Below, piece after piece: positions 53,257 to 62,514 of a stretch of DNA of 64,000 bases (position 1 is the stretch's first letter; each line of letters begins with the position of its first letter). The stretch is taken from the NCBI GenBank assembly GCA_035388405.1, contig DAOOPV010000007.1:63-64062 (forward strand), read 5' to 3'. A program made the translations under genes and the position numbers. The stretch comes from Anaerolineaceae bacterium. Lineage in GTDB: Bacteria; Chloroflexota; Anaerolineae; Anaerolineales; Anaerolineaceae. Below the pieces are notes generated by a model. The model was not told where the DNA came from, did no database searches, and was given only the letters and a program-made list of their open reading frames with translations.

Positions 53257-53891
53257 GTCATCTCCTTTCGCTTCTTAAAACAGCGCTCAAAGAAGATTTG
53301 CCAATGTGGGTGAGAACGGGAATAGAAAAAAAGCTCTGCTTTGTTGAAGGCAGAACTTTTCCTGTAGTTGATCTCGATGACTTTCTATTTCCAGATTAGG
53401 CTTTGTCTAATAAACCCTTGAAAACTAAACCCTACAAATCGGCTTTGTGATGAATAGGTCTCATAGATGTACCTGATTGATGTGAAGTGTTGCATAATCT
53501 CAATTTACAGTAGCTGGCATTAATTCGGCATTAACTGATAAAACCAACTTTCGCTATCTGTTTATTCACGTCGATATTCGTTCAAGTATTCCACAAAAAA
53601 AAGTAAGAGGCTTTCTGAGAGGATATTCTCAGGAGGATTTCTGATATTTGGAACTCTCCCGCTTTTTCGCTGTTTCATTTTCAACTATTCTACATAGTTT
53701 CCTCCTATGTTATCCATGTCAGTTGGCAAATACTCTTTGGCTATTGTTAAATGAAGTAGAGCAACAGAATGACGTATTAGCAAGCAAAGGAAGTGTATAT
53801 ACACATCCGAAATTTCCGGCCTGCAGAAAATTTTAGTCGCTGCGAGGTTGTGGGAATTGAAGAAAGATAGTTTCTTGGATTGGAATTATTT

Positions 53892-54221
53892 ATGGCTGAT
53901 CGAAGACGAAAGAATCCAATTTTGTTCTACGTGAATGACGAAGAGCTCCAATTAATCGATGCAAGGATGCGGAGTGTTGGCATTAAGAATCGTAGTGCGT
54001 ACTTACGCAAAGTTGCCCTTGATGCTTACATCATCCATGTTGATTATTCTTACCTGAAAGAGCATTCTCGCCAAATCAGAATGGTTGGGATCAATATCAA
54101 TCAAATAGCGCATCACTTGAATGCGACTGGAGAAATTTATCGTTACGATATTGAAGCGATTAAGAAAATGCTAGATGAAATATGGCAGTTACAAAGATCC
54201 ATCCTATCAAATCAACGTTAA
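53892..54221 (+). CDS. mobC: MobC-family relaxosome accessory protein
   Basis: The RHH-like N-terminus is ILFYVNDEELQLIDARM...NRSAYLRKVAL, and GININQIAHHLN is the MobC signature. It overlaps the relaxase start. Confidence 0.75.
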   Translation: MADRRRKNPILFYVNDEELQLIDARMRSVGIKNRSAYLRKVALDAYIIHVDYSYLKEHSRQIRMVGININQIAHHLNATGEIYRYDIEAIKKMLDEIWQLQRSILSNQR

Positions 54222-55507
54222 GGCAAGCCTTGTCGTATATTCTTGAAGGGAATAAAACCAGGGAAGGTTTGCTCGTCTCTAGTTTTGCTTGCTCTCCAGA
54301 AACCGCTGATCTAGAGTTTGGTTTTACTCTATCCCATTGCATGGAAAAAGGAAACAACCTTGCCTTTCATCTGATGCAATCTTTCAAGCCTGGTGAGACT
54401 GATGCGGAAACCGCACACAAAATCGGAGACGAGCTGGCTATTGAATTGCTCAAATGGAAGTATGAGTACGTTCTCAGCACTCATGTTGATAAGGGACACA
54501 TCCATAATCATTTAATCTTCTGTGCAGCTAACTTTGAAGATTTTCGTAAATTTGTTTCCAACAGAAAGTCCTATTATCAAATTCGATATATCAGTGACCG
54601 CCTCTGTGAACAGTATGGTTTGTCGGTTGTCATTCCTGGTGAGGAAAGAGGCAAGAGTTATAAAGAATACCTTGCCCATAAAGCAGGAACAAGTTGGAAA
54701 GCGAATTTGAGGCTCGCTGTCAACCAGGCTGTCAGAAGTAGCAGATCGTTTGAAGAATTCCTGATCAGAATGCATCTGGCAGGATACGAAATCAGGCAAG
54801 GGAAGTACCTTGCCTTTCGCGCAGAAGGGCAACAGCGATACACAAACTCAAAGGCCTTGGGAATTGGGTTTACCCAGGAACGTATTACAGAAAAGATAAA
54901 CACAAATACAGACAAACGCATTATTTTGAGGCCAGAACGGGATCTACAGCTTCTAATCGACATAGGTAACTCAATCAAAGCTATGCAAAACCCGAGATAT
55001 GCACAAGCTCTCAAAGTTCAAAACCTTAAGAGGGCTGGTAGGACTTTGAACTATCTGACCGAACTGGGAATTGACAGCTACGCTAAGCTTGATAAAAGGC
55101 ACTCGGAAATCAAGGATGCCTTTGACCAAACCAAAGCAGAAATTTTGAATCTCGAAAAGAAAATCGCTGAGCTATCAGCTATTGTGAAACAGTTAGGCGT
55201 CTTAGATAAAGCGTCATCCATAGATGCGCAAACCAAAAAGGTTACGACAAAGATTATCTATCAAACCTTAACCAAAGCATCTGTCAGTTTCCTTTTAGAA
55301 AAAGGAATAAAGCCACCTTATCCCTCAACAGAAATGTTGTTAAATGAAGTCAAGAATATGGAAGTAGAAAAAGAGACGCTTTACCAAAGTTATTATCAAT
55401 TAAAGCGAGATTGGAGACAAAGTGAAACCATGAGAAAAAACATTGAACAGCTCATTCGTCCAGGAGAAAGCCTTAGTTTGGAGAAGGAAGAAGGTCATTT
55501 TTCTTGA
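54182..55507 (+). CDS. Relaxase/mobilisation nuclease (MobA/VirD2-type)
   Basis: N-terminus MAVTKIHPIKSTL and the histidine triad HVDKGHIHNHLIF. Confidence 0.85.
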   Translation: MAVTKIHPIKSTLRQALSYILEGNKTREGLLVSSFACSPETADLEFGFTLSHCMEKGNNLAFHLMQSFKPGETDAETAHKIGDELAIELLKWKYEYVLSTHVDKGHIHNHLIFCAANFEDFRKFVSNRKSYYQIRYISDRLCEQYGLSVVIPGEERGKSYKEYLAHKAGTSWKANLRLAVNQAVRSSRSFEEFLIRMHLAGYEIRQGKYLAFRAEGQQRYTNSKALGIGFTQERITEKINTNTDKRIILRPERDLQLLIDIGNSIKAMQNPRYAQALKVQNLKRAGRTLNYLTELGIDSYAKLDKRHSEIKDAFDQTKAEILNLEKKIAELSAIVKQLGVLDKASSIDAQTKKVTTKIIYQTLTKASVSFLLEKGIKPPYPSTEMLLNEVKNMEVEKETLYQSYYQLKRDWRQSETMRKNIEQLIRPGESLSLEKEEGHFS

Positions 55508-55605
55508 ACACAAAACTCAGGTTCCATCCAGAAGCAACTTGTCTATGGTACTTATGAAGAATGATAAACTATTAACAATGCTGATACAGCGAAGGAGTAT
55601 TTATT

Positions 55606-56889
55606 TTGTATCCGGAGAAAGAAAGTTCCAAGGTTGAATTAAAGAGAGAATTGACTGATTCCTTTCTGAAAACTGTTAGCGCTTTTGCCAATTATGGTGG
55701 GGGAAAGATTGTCTTTGGCGTCTCAGAAAACGGCAGTGTTGTTGGCATTGTTGACCCAGAAAAAACACGTCTTCAGCTTGAGCACAAGATTAATGACAGC
55801 ATTTCTCCAAGACCAGAGTTTTTTCTCAACACGAGTAGCTTTGAGGAAAAACAAATCGTGGAATTAACGGTGAGCAAAGGAAAGAACGCACCCTATCTTT
55901 ACAATGGTAGAGCGTATAAAAGAAGTGATACGTCTTCCACGCCTTTGGATTCAAATGAGTTACGTAGACTTTCTCTGGATAGCAGTAGCATGACTTTTGA
56001 CCAATTGCCATCTCATGAAGAAGAATTGAGCTTCAAAGTACTGGAACGTTGGTTACAAGAAACGGTCGGTCTCAAGAAACTTGGCGATGATTCATTGCGC
56101 ACCCTTGGCTTGATGAAAGACGATCAATACTTGCGCTCAGCTGAATTATTGGCTGACACTAATCAAAACGCTCAATCTGCAACGATTATTGTGAGATTTG
56201 GTAAAACCATTTCTGAGTTTATGGACCGTGCGGATCTGACCTACCAATCCTTGCTTTCTCAATACCAAGGCGCAATGGAAATGTTTGATAAATGGTATCA
56301 GTCCTATGAGGCTGTGGATGGCTTTTTACGTGTGCCACGAATTCAAATCCCCAGAGATGCCTATCGTGAAGCCGTCGCCAATGCACTAATTCATCGGCGT
56401 TATGACCAAGGTGGTGCAGTTCAAGTCGCGATGTACGAGGACAGAGTTGAAGTTACATCTCCTGGTGGTTTGCCAGAAGGGGTTAGTGAAACCGCATATC
56501 TCTACAGCCAGATATCTATTCCAAGAAACCTAATTCTCGCTGAAGTTTTCCACCGTCTGCACTTAATTGAAAAGTTTGGAACCGGCATCGACCGCATCCG
56601 AAAAGAGTACGAGCCATATGCCTCAAAGCCTCACTTCGAAGTTTCTGATGTGCTTATCAGGATAGTCTTGCCTGTCATTGATTATAAAAAACAGCCTGAA
56701 GAAATTTCTTTGGAAGAAAAGATTTTACTGCTCATAGCTCAAGAGGGGTCCGTATCCAGGGCTGAGGTTGAGCAATCTACTGGATATGGAAAGACAAGAG
56801 TTTATCAGATTCTTACCTCGATGATTCAAGCTGGAAAAATTATACAGTCAGGAAAAGGCCCACAAACAAGATATCAGATAAACTCCTAA
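55606..56889 (+). CDS. AlbA_2/Schlafen-like DNA-binding domain protein with a C-terminal ATPase-like and winged-HTH region
   Basis: KESSKVELKREL...VSAFANYGGGKIVFGV is the AlbA_2 N-terminal signature. ANALIHRRY and EKFGTGIDRI are HATPase_c_4-like. The TTG start follows GAAGGAG. Confidence 0.65.
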   Translation: MYPEKESSKVELKRELTDSFLKTVSAFANYGGGKIVFGVSENGSVVGIVDPEKTRLQLEHKINDSISPRPEFFLNTSSFEEKQIVELTVSKGKNAPYLYNGRAYKRSDTSSTPLDSNELRRLSLDSSSMTFDQLPSHEEELSFKVLERWLQETVGLKKLGDDSLRTLGLMKDDQYLRSAELLADTNQNAQSATIIVRFGKTISEFMDRADLTYQSLLSQYQGAMEMFDKWYQSYEAVDGFLRVPRIQIPRDAYREAVANALIHRRYDQGGAVQVAMYEDRVEVTSPGGLPEGVSETAYLYSQISIPRNLILAEVFHRLHLIEKFGTGIDRIRKEYEPYASKPHFEVSDVLIRIVLPVIDYKKQPEEISLEEKILLLIAQEGSVSRAEVEQSTGYGKTRVYQILTSMIQAGKIIQSGKGPQTRYQINS

Positions 56890-56906
56890 TGTTTTTTAAT
56901 TAAGGC

Positions 56907-56952
56907 TATCGTTCACTTTTACGCCTAAAGTGAACGATAAAGTGAACGATAG
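56907..56952. terminator. Inverted repeat plus an extra direct half-site between convergent ICE genes
   Basis: tatcgttcactt / ttacgccta / aagtgaacgata, followed by a second aagtgaacgata. Read directly. Confidence 0.45.
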
Positions 56953-57094
56953 CAATCTTATCCATTTTTCGGTAATTCCCCGCAACTAAACCGAACCGAA
57001 TTGGAGGAAATCACTGGTTACAAAAAGTCCCGGCTTTACAATGTTTTAGGATCCTTGTGGAAAATGGAAAGTCCTCCAACAATGATTTACGGAA

Positions 57095-59947
57095 TCAAAC
57101 TATCTCCCTTTCCACACAATTCAGCTTCTCATTCTGATTTTTGTTTGCTTCAGGTTTTGCTAATCGCAATCTCTCCCGAATGGATTGTTTTTCAGCAACA
57201 CCATCCCTTTTGTCTAGATGGTGGGTCACTTGCACACGACCGTCCTGATCATCGATATCCACCCGTCCAGGAGCTCCATCATGATCAATGTCCCTTTCAA
57301 CACCTTTTGTATTGATGTAGGAAGCCATTTGCGGAAAGTCGGGAATTTGAGGATCAGAATTCAGATTCATTTGTTGCCTGCTTTCCTGTACATAATTCAC
57401 CACGTCAGCATAGTAAGCCCTCAATCCCTCACGTCTCTCTTCAGCAATATTTGGAAGACCTGCCTGATAACCCTCCGTACGTTCTTTGAGGAAGGTCAAG
57501 GCGGTATGCTGATTGAAATACGGGATAATCTCATCCCGCACATCCCCCAGCACATTTGGATCAGCTTGCAACTGTGTTTCACCCATTTCTTTGAGGTAAT
57601 TGCGCCAGGAGCGATCTGAAAGCCTTTCCTGAGCAGTTACCTGCATGTGATGGGAGAGACTGCCATCGCCAGCACCTATCTCTTGTTTCCCGGTGTAAGC
57701 AGCTGGAAGGCCTTCTTTGATGTATTCCACCCGGAAATCTGTGCTGTAGGTGAGCGGACCGGAATAATCGGATTTTTGGCGGTCAATCGCCTGACGTTGA
57801 TCCAGCCTTTCCATCAAGCGGTTGGCTTGTGAGAGGGGCATATGTAGGCCGTCCGGAATCTCAGCATGCTCAGAGTGGCTAAAACTCACCAATGGTTCAC
57901 TGACCCTCAGAACATCAAGATGCTCGATTGCTTCAGCGGTGAGCAGGGTTGCAGTAATGCCATCCCTGCCAACTTCACTCAGGGAAAGGTCTTTGGCAGC
58001 GTCCAGCATCAGATCCGGTTCGCCAAGGAAGCCTTCGGATACTGGCTTCTGCAGGCTGTCTGTGAGCATGTAATGAACCTGATCATCTTCACGCAAAAGC
58101 GTGAGTGTTTCTCCATTTTCAAGCAAATAGATAGCAGAAGGTTCCTGAATTTGATCGATCTGCTGCAGGAGCTTGTTTGCTCTCGTAGTATAAGGGCTAC
58201 GGTCTTCCTGAGCCACCGTTTCCAACCAGGGACGTAAGCTTTCGGTTTGGTTGAGCTGGTGGTCTTCGAACTGTAATGCGCTTTCAGGCAAAGCTTCAAA
58301 CGCGTAAGGTTGTAAGGCTTCAGCCAAGGCAGCTACCTTTCCTTTGACGGCTTTGACCGCTGCCTTACGAGTTTTGGGTTCCTCCACTTCGAGTTCTTGT
58401 TTCAGGTTTTGGATCTTGTCATCAATCGAAGAAATCAACTCGGAAGCAGTATCCCGGATGGTTTGCAGCGAAACTTTCAGTTCAGATAGATCTTTATCGC
58501 TGCTCCAACCAGCCAGGTAGCCAAAACTGTTATCCGCTGTTTCAATGCCATAATACTGACAAACGGCATAAGCAATGCTTTCAGCTTCAACTTCCTGGGT
58601 GCGCTGATCCTTCTCGTTTTCTGTCCCTTTGGCTCCTCTTTGTTGGGGATCACGGTCGTGCAGCTTGGCATGCGAGATCTCATGGATTGCGGTTGCCACG
58701 GTCTGAATCTCACTCATGCCTTGCCGTAAAGCAATTTTCTTGTCTTTGAGATGAAAATAACCATCCTTGTCCGCTTTCATCGCCTTGAACTCGATCGGCA
58801 CCGGTGAGACAGACTTCATAGCCTCAAAGAGCAGGTCGTAATCTGGCACGTTACCTTGCAGTTCTTTGACCAGGGTGGGGAGTTCCTTACCTTCGGTTTG
58901 GGAGACATCAAAGACCGGAACCACCCGAAAACGCTTGACCGTCACTTCCTGTTCTTCCATGACTGGATTGCCTTGGCTATCCAAAACGGGCTTCTTTGTC
59001 TGTGGATCGATCTTTTCTTTTTCAACCAGGCGTTTCTCCTCAACAGGCGCGATGATACGAATGGCTTTCTCCCCTTTGAGCACCTGGCGTTCAAACCGCT
59101 TCTGCCAGGCATGATAACTGGCAACCAGCGAAGCCTCCGGGTTTTGCATTGCAATCAGAAGAGTGTTATTCAGGCTATAGTGGTGGAAGCGGGACATGAC
59201 CTTGAGATAATCAGCATACTTTCCGCTGCTGAAGATTTCCTTTATTCCTTCTTCTAGTTTTGCGGTAATCTCATCAAGGGCTTTGTCCTTGTTCTCGAAG
59301 TCCACCTTCTTTTCCGTAAGACAGAGTTCTGCGTCATAATGAGCATTTCGTTCAAGAATTCCATGTGCTCGGAAAGAATAGACCGCATCCCGATTGAGAC
59401 CAGTAATGATGATGTGGTCCACCACTGGGATTCCAAGCATTTCACCAGCTTCCTTGAGTGCTCTGGTTGCTGCCAGGTCCTCATTACTGGGGGTTAGTTC
59501 TCCGGAAGGATGGTTGTGACAAATCAACACCGAAACAGCTTTGTTCAGGATCGCATTGCGGAAAATTTCCCGGGGATGAATGATGGAACTGTTGATCGTA
59601 CCCACTGAGACCTGTTCATAGTCAATGACCCGGTTCTTGGTGTTAAGAAAAGCCACCACCATCGACTCCTTGTCATGCACCTGATCGATGACCGTGTGCA
59701 TATAACCCGCTGCAGAGGTTGGGGAACTGAGAATCGGATTTTCACGGGTGAGCGAACTGCTCATGCGGTAGAGATCAAGGAAAGCCTTATGTTTGGCTCG
59801 TTGCTCAGGGGTTTCCAGCAGTTGATAGGCGTTATCCACCAGAGCTGCCAGCCCTTTGCGCTCGGCATATTCTGTAACCACAGACTCCTGCACGCCGATG
59901 ATATGGGCATAAGCAGTGATGTAACGGTTTTCTTCAGCCTGATTCAT
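57095..59947 (-). CDS. Giant ICE protein: RadC-like JAB domain plus ArdC-like ssDNA-binding domain plus HExxH metallopeptidase plus a long C-terminal extension
   Basis: 950 aa. ICHNHPSGELTPSNEDL is the JAMM/RadC motif. YLKVMSRFHHYSLNNTLLIAMQNPEAS...YHAWQK is the ArdC N-domain. HEISHAKLH is HExxH. Confidence 0.8.
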   Translation of the reverse strand: MNQAEENRYITAYAHIIGVQESVVTEYAERKGLAALVDNAYQLLETPEQRAKHKAFLDLYRMSSSLTRENPILSSPTSAAGYMHTVIDQVHDKESMVVAFLNTKNRVIDYEQVSVGTINSSIIHPREIFRNAILNKAVSVLICHNHPSGELTPSNEDLAATRALKEAGEMLGIPVVDHIIITGLNRDAVYSFRAHGILERNAHYDAELCLTEKKVDFENKDKALDEITAKLEEGIKEIFSSGKYADYLKVMSRFHHYSLNNTLLIAMQNPEASLVASYHAWQKRFERQVLKGEKAIRIIAPVEEKRLVEKEKIDPQTKKPVLDSQGNPVMEEQEVTVKRFRVVPVFDVSQTEGKELPTLVKELQGNVPDYDLLFEAMKSVSPVPIEFKAMKADKDGYFHLKDKKIALRQGMSEIQTVATAIHEISHAKLHDRDPQQRGAKGTENEKDQRTQEVEAESIAYAVCQYYGIETADNSFGYLAGWSSDKDLSELKVSLQTIRDTASELISSIDDKIQNLKQELEVEEPKTRKAAVKAVKGKVAALAEALQPYAFEALPESALQFEDHQLNQTESLRPWLETVAQEDRSPYTTRANKLLQQIDQIQEPSAIYLLENGETLTLLREDDQVHYMLTDSLQKPVSEGFLGEPDLMLDAAKDLSLSEVGRDGITATLLTAEAIEHLDVLRVSEPLVSFSHSEHAEIPDGLHMPLSQANRLMERLDQRQAIDRQKSDYSGPLTYSTDFRVEYIKEGLPAAYTGKQEIGAGDGSLSHHMQVTAQERLSDRSWRNYLKEMGETQLQADPNVLGDVRDEIIPYFNQHTALTFLKERTEGYQAGLPNIAEERREGLRAYYADVVNYVQESRQQMNLNSDPQIPDFPQMASYINTKGVERDIDHDGAPGRVDIDDQDGRVQVTHHLDKRDGVAEKQSIRERLRLAKPEANKNQNEKLNCVEREIV

Positions 59948-60117
59948 GGTAGCTCCTCACTTTCCTCAGTTTGTTCAAGCAAAAAGAAGAGCTCAGCTAA
60001 AAGCGAAGCATCTTCATCGCTTTCTGTATATTCCCGGGGATGCGCTTTGAGATCCGCCAGGTTTTCGGTGTTTACTTCAACCCCGGTCAGGCTGAAGATC
60101 AATTCTTTGATACTCAT
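59944..60117 (-). CDS. Small acidic protein (57 aa), translationally coupled to the RadC-ArdC gene
   Basis: My own translation is MSIKELIFSLTGVEVNTENLADLKAHPREYTESDEDASLLAELFFLLEQTEESEELP*. It is below the ORF-track length cutoff. Its TGA overlaps the ATG of the downstream gene (ATGA). Confidence 0.45.
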   Translation of the reverse strand: MSIKELIFSLTGVEVNTENLADLKAHPREYTESDEDASLLAELFFLLEQTEESEELP

Positions 60118-60138
60118 TCTTGGCTCCTTTCTAAATTC

Positions 60139-60894
60139 CTATTCAAGGTCTTCATCTGAACTTTTTTCGAGGAAATCGTCCTCAAAGAAGTCACCCTCAT
60201 TCGGGGTTTGTTCTTTGGGTTTGATGACTTTCCAATAAAAAAGTGCCGCGCCTCCCAGAAGCAGGAGAAACACTCCGGCAATTGCCATACCACTGGTCAA
60301 AGGGATGGTAAAAGATGGTTGGTTGACTTGCAGGGATTCTTGTGGCACTGGGGTGGTTTGTGCTGTTGGCGTAGGTTCGTTTGGTTGCAGAAAGGGTGAG
60401 AGGGATGGAGATTCTTCAATTTTGACAAAGTTAAGCAGATCTTCTTCATCCACCTCCGTGACCAAATAAACATTCTCGCTCATTTTGCTGCGATCGATAA
60501 TCAAATAAAAGATTTTGTCATTGCGCGTTTTAATCACAAAGAATTCCTTTTCTGCAGGTTGGGCTGTGATCACGACCGGTGGCTCGAGATATGTATCGGT
60601 GGGTGGTCTGGGTGTAGCTTCTTCAGTCGGTTCTTCGGTAGGCACAGGTGTCATTCCACTTCCCATGGGCAACCTAACCAAGCTGTACTCACTTAGGTTT
60701 GCTCTGCCAGGTGGCATCTCCGCCACCAGACTGCCTTTGGCATCCGTGGGGGGCGCTGGCATAACGATTGCTGCGTTTCGAATTACCTCGGCAAAAACGG
60801 CTTTTGTTGAGATGAAACCAAGCATTAGAGGCAATGCCAGGATCAGGCTCAGGATAAGAGACTTAAAACTAGTTTTCATTCTCTTCAAGCTCAC
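60139..60894 (-). CDS. Cell-surface conjugation protein (DUF4366-like): signal peptide, Pro/Thr-rich linker, C-terminal TM anchor
   Basis: An N-terminal hydrophobic signal (LILSLILALPLMLGFI), PT-rich stretches, and C-terminal AIAGVFLLLLGGAALFYW. Confidence 0.6.
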   Translation of the reverse strand: MSLKRMKTSFKSLILSLILALPLMLGFISTKAVFAEVIRNAAIVMPAPPTDAKGSLVAEMPPGRANLSEYSLVRLPMGSGMTPVPTEEPTEEATPRPPTDTYLEPPVVITAQPAEKEFFVIKTRNDKIFYLIIDRSKMSENVYLVTEVDEEDLLNFVKIEESPSLSPFLQPNEPTPTAQTTPVPQESLQVNQPSFTIPLTSGMAIAGVFLLLLGGAALFYWKVIKPKEQTPNEGDFFEDDFLEKSSDEDLE

Positions 60895-61126
60895 TTTCTC
60901 GTATCCAGGCGTTCACATGCGTTAATTCTTCAAAGGGATTCTGTTTCAACCGCTTCATTAAAGCATCCAGTTCGGATGGTCTCAGTTGCAGGGCGCGTAC
61001 CGTTTTGAGGATTTCACTGTTTTCCAATTCAATTTCTTTTTCATTTAAGGCGTTGAGTTTCTCTTGCAGCACCTGGATTCGAGTTTCAGTTTTGATTTTT
61101 TCAGTTCTAAGTTGGGTTAAATTCAT
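60869..61126 (-). CDS. Small coiled-coil conjugation protein (DUF4315-like)
   Basis: 85 aa with the heptad-rich stretch LRTEKIKTETRIQVLQEKLNALNEKEIELEN. Its position upstream of the DUF4366-like gene is typical. Confidence 0.55.
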   Translation of the reverse strand: MNLTQLRTEKIKTETRIQVLQEKLNALNEKEIELENSEILKTVRALQLRPSELDALMKRLKQNPFEELTHVNAWIRESELEENEN

Positions 61127-61137
61127 TGATTTCTCCT

Positions 61138-62514
61138 TTACTCGTAGTACTCCGGGGTTCCATACCCGAAGATATAGTGATTGTTGACTGGATAGCTGTC
61201 GGTGTGGACGCTATCAGCCCAATTGCCTTCTATTGTGTATACTGTGCTGCCATCACAACTCTCGACGATGCCAACATGATCAGGGAAGGCATCCCCATCC
61301 CAGTCGTAGAATATGATTTCACCAGGGGCGGGGCAATAGCCTCGATCCTGCCAGAGATTGTTAGATTTGAACCAGGATTCACCAAAGCTGCATCCAGCAA
61401 ACTTGGGGAACAATCCTTCTGAGATCAATCCGTTTTGATCTGCTACCCAGGATACGAAAATGGCACACCATTCTACCCGTGAGGGAAAGCCATACCAGGA
61501 CCAATACGGTTCACCACCCACCTGACCGAGTTGGGAACGCGCCACCTCCACCATACCTTCTGAGCCGCGTATGCTCTCAGCCAATCCTCCAACGATGCTG
61601 CCTCCCATAAATGTCGTTGCTGAAAAGGCAAACGTAGCAACTGAACCAACCAGAAGAAGCAGAACCAGGACGAGGGAGGCATAAAGCCCGGCTCGACTTC
61701 TAACAAGCTGTGTCGCCTTTTCGACGACCTTTTTCAAACCAAGTTTTGCTGTTTTTTGCGTGCTTGATGTCTTTAATGAAGAGGATACCCGCAGGGCTTT
61801 GGCATATTCCAATTTGATCCGCTGCTTCTGTAGAAAGTGCATCACAAGATTTTTTGATTTGTGAGGTGACACCTTGGCTGAATGAGCAATGCCACTTTGC
61901 TGTCTCAGGCTTTGCCCCTGAAGCTGTTGGGTAGGAATTGACGTGCGAGAAGTTGGCCCGGGTTGAACACGTTTAATCAGTGAGCCCGTCTTGAAGGCAG
62001 TACTTTCCGCAATCTTTAATATATCGTTGGCGCTGTTGAAATCCTTTTGAGAAGGCTCTTCAGTTTGATGACTGGGTTTGAGCAGGGTTGTAGCGGCCTG
62101 AGCAAAGGGCATATATTTCTGCGTCGGTTTGCTTTTGTTGAATTTCAGCGAGGACGATCGGGTTTCTTTCCCCTTCTCAAAGCGTAAGCTTGAGGGTTTT
62201 ACTGTTAATCCGTTTTCTTGAATTCCACCAGCATTCTCGGTTATTTCGGCTTCCTGAGTGATGAGCTTTCTGCTGCGCTTTTGATTAGTCTCCTTTTTCT
62301 GAGCAGCTGATGAAATCACAGCTGCGTTTGGTCGATTGAAAGATTCTGTAACAGAGTTGTTATTTACTGCTTCTGGAATCGAATGCGTATTCTCTTGGAC
62401 AGCTTTAGTTTTTACCGGACTTGCTTCAGTACCGGGAATGTACTGGCGGGGAGCTTTGTGTCTGGTTCGTGATTCCCTTTGCATATTCAAGCTCCTTTCC
62501 GCTCTAAACCTCAT
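61138..62514 (-). CDS. Conjugation-associated peptidoglycan hydrolase (C-terminal CHAP/NlpC-P60 domain, central TM)
   Basis: WCAIFVSWVADQNG carries the catalytic Cys and PDHVGIVE the His. A TM helix is LYASLVLVLLLLVGSVATFAF. Confidence 0.75.
   Translation of the reverse strand: MRFRAERSLNMQRESRTRHKAPRQYIPGTEASPVKTKAVQENTHSIPEAVNNNSVTESFNRPNAAVISSAAQKKETNQKRSRKLITQEAEITENAGGIQENGLTVKPSSLRFEKGKETRSSSLKFNKSKPTQKYMPFAQAATTLLKPSHQTEEPSQKDFNSANDILKIAESTAFKTGSLIKRVQPGPTSRTSIPTQQLQGQSLRQQSGIAHSAKVSPHKSKNLVMHFLQKQRIKLEYAKALRVSSSLKTSSTQKTAKLGLKKVVEKATQLVRSRAGLYASLVLVLLLLVGSVATFAFSATTFMGGSIVGGLAESIRGSEGMVEVARSQLGQVGGEPYWSWYGFPSRVEWCAIFVSWVADQNGLISEGLFPKFAGCSFGESWFKSNNLWQDRGYCPAPGEIIFYDWDGDAFPDHVGIVESCDGSTVYTIEGNWADSVHTDSYPVNNHYIFGYGTPEYYE

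Noticed and set aside
53648-53836. 62-aa plus-strand ORF in the ICE non-coding gap
   Set aside because: It has no RBS, a Cys/Leu/Phe-rich improbable sequence, and it overlaps the candidate oriT palindromes.
59675-60238. 187-aa plus-strand ORF overlapping the 5' end of the RadC-ArdC gene and the DUF4366-like gene
   Set aside because: It is a Ser/Leu-rich low-complexity product, antisense to three coupled minus-strand genes.
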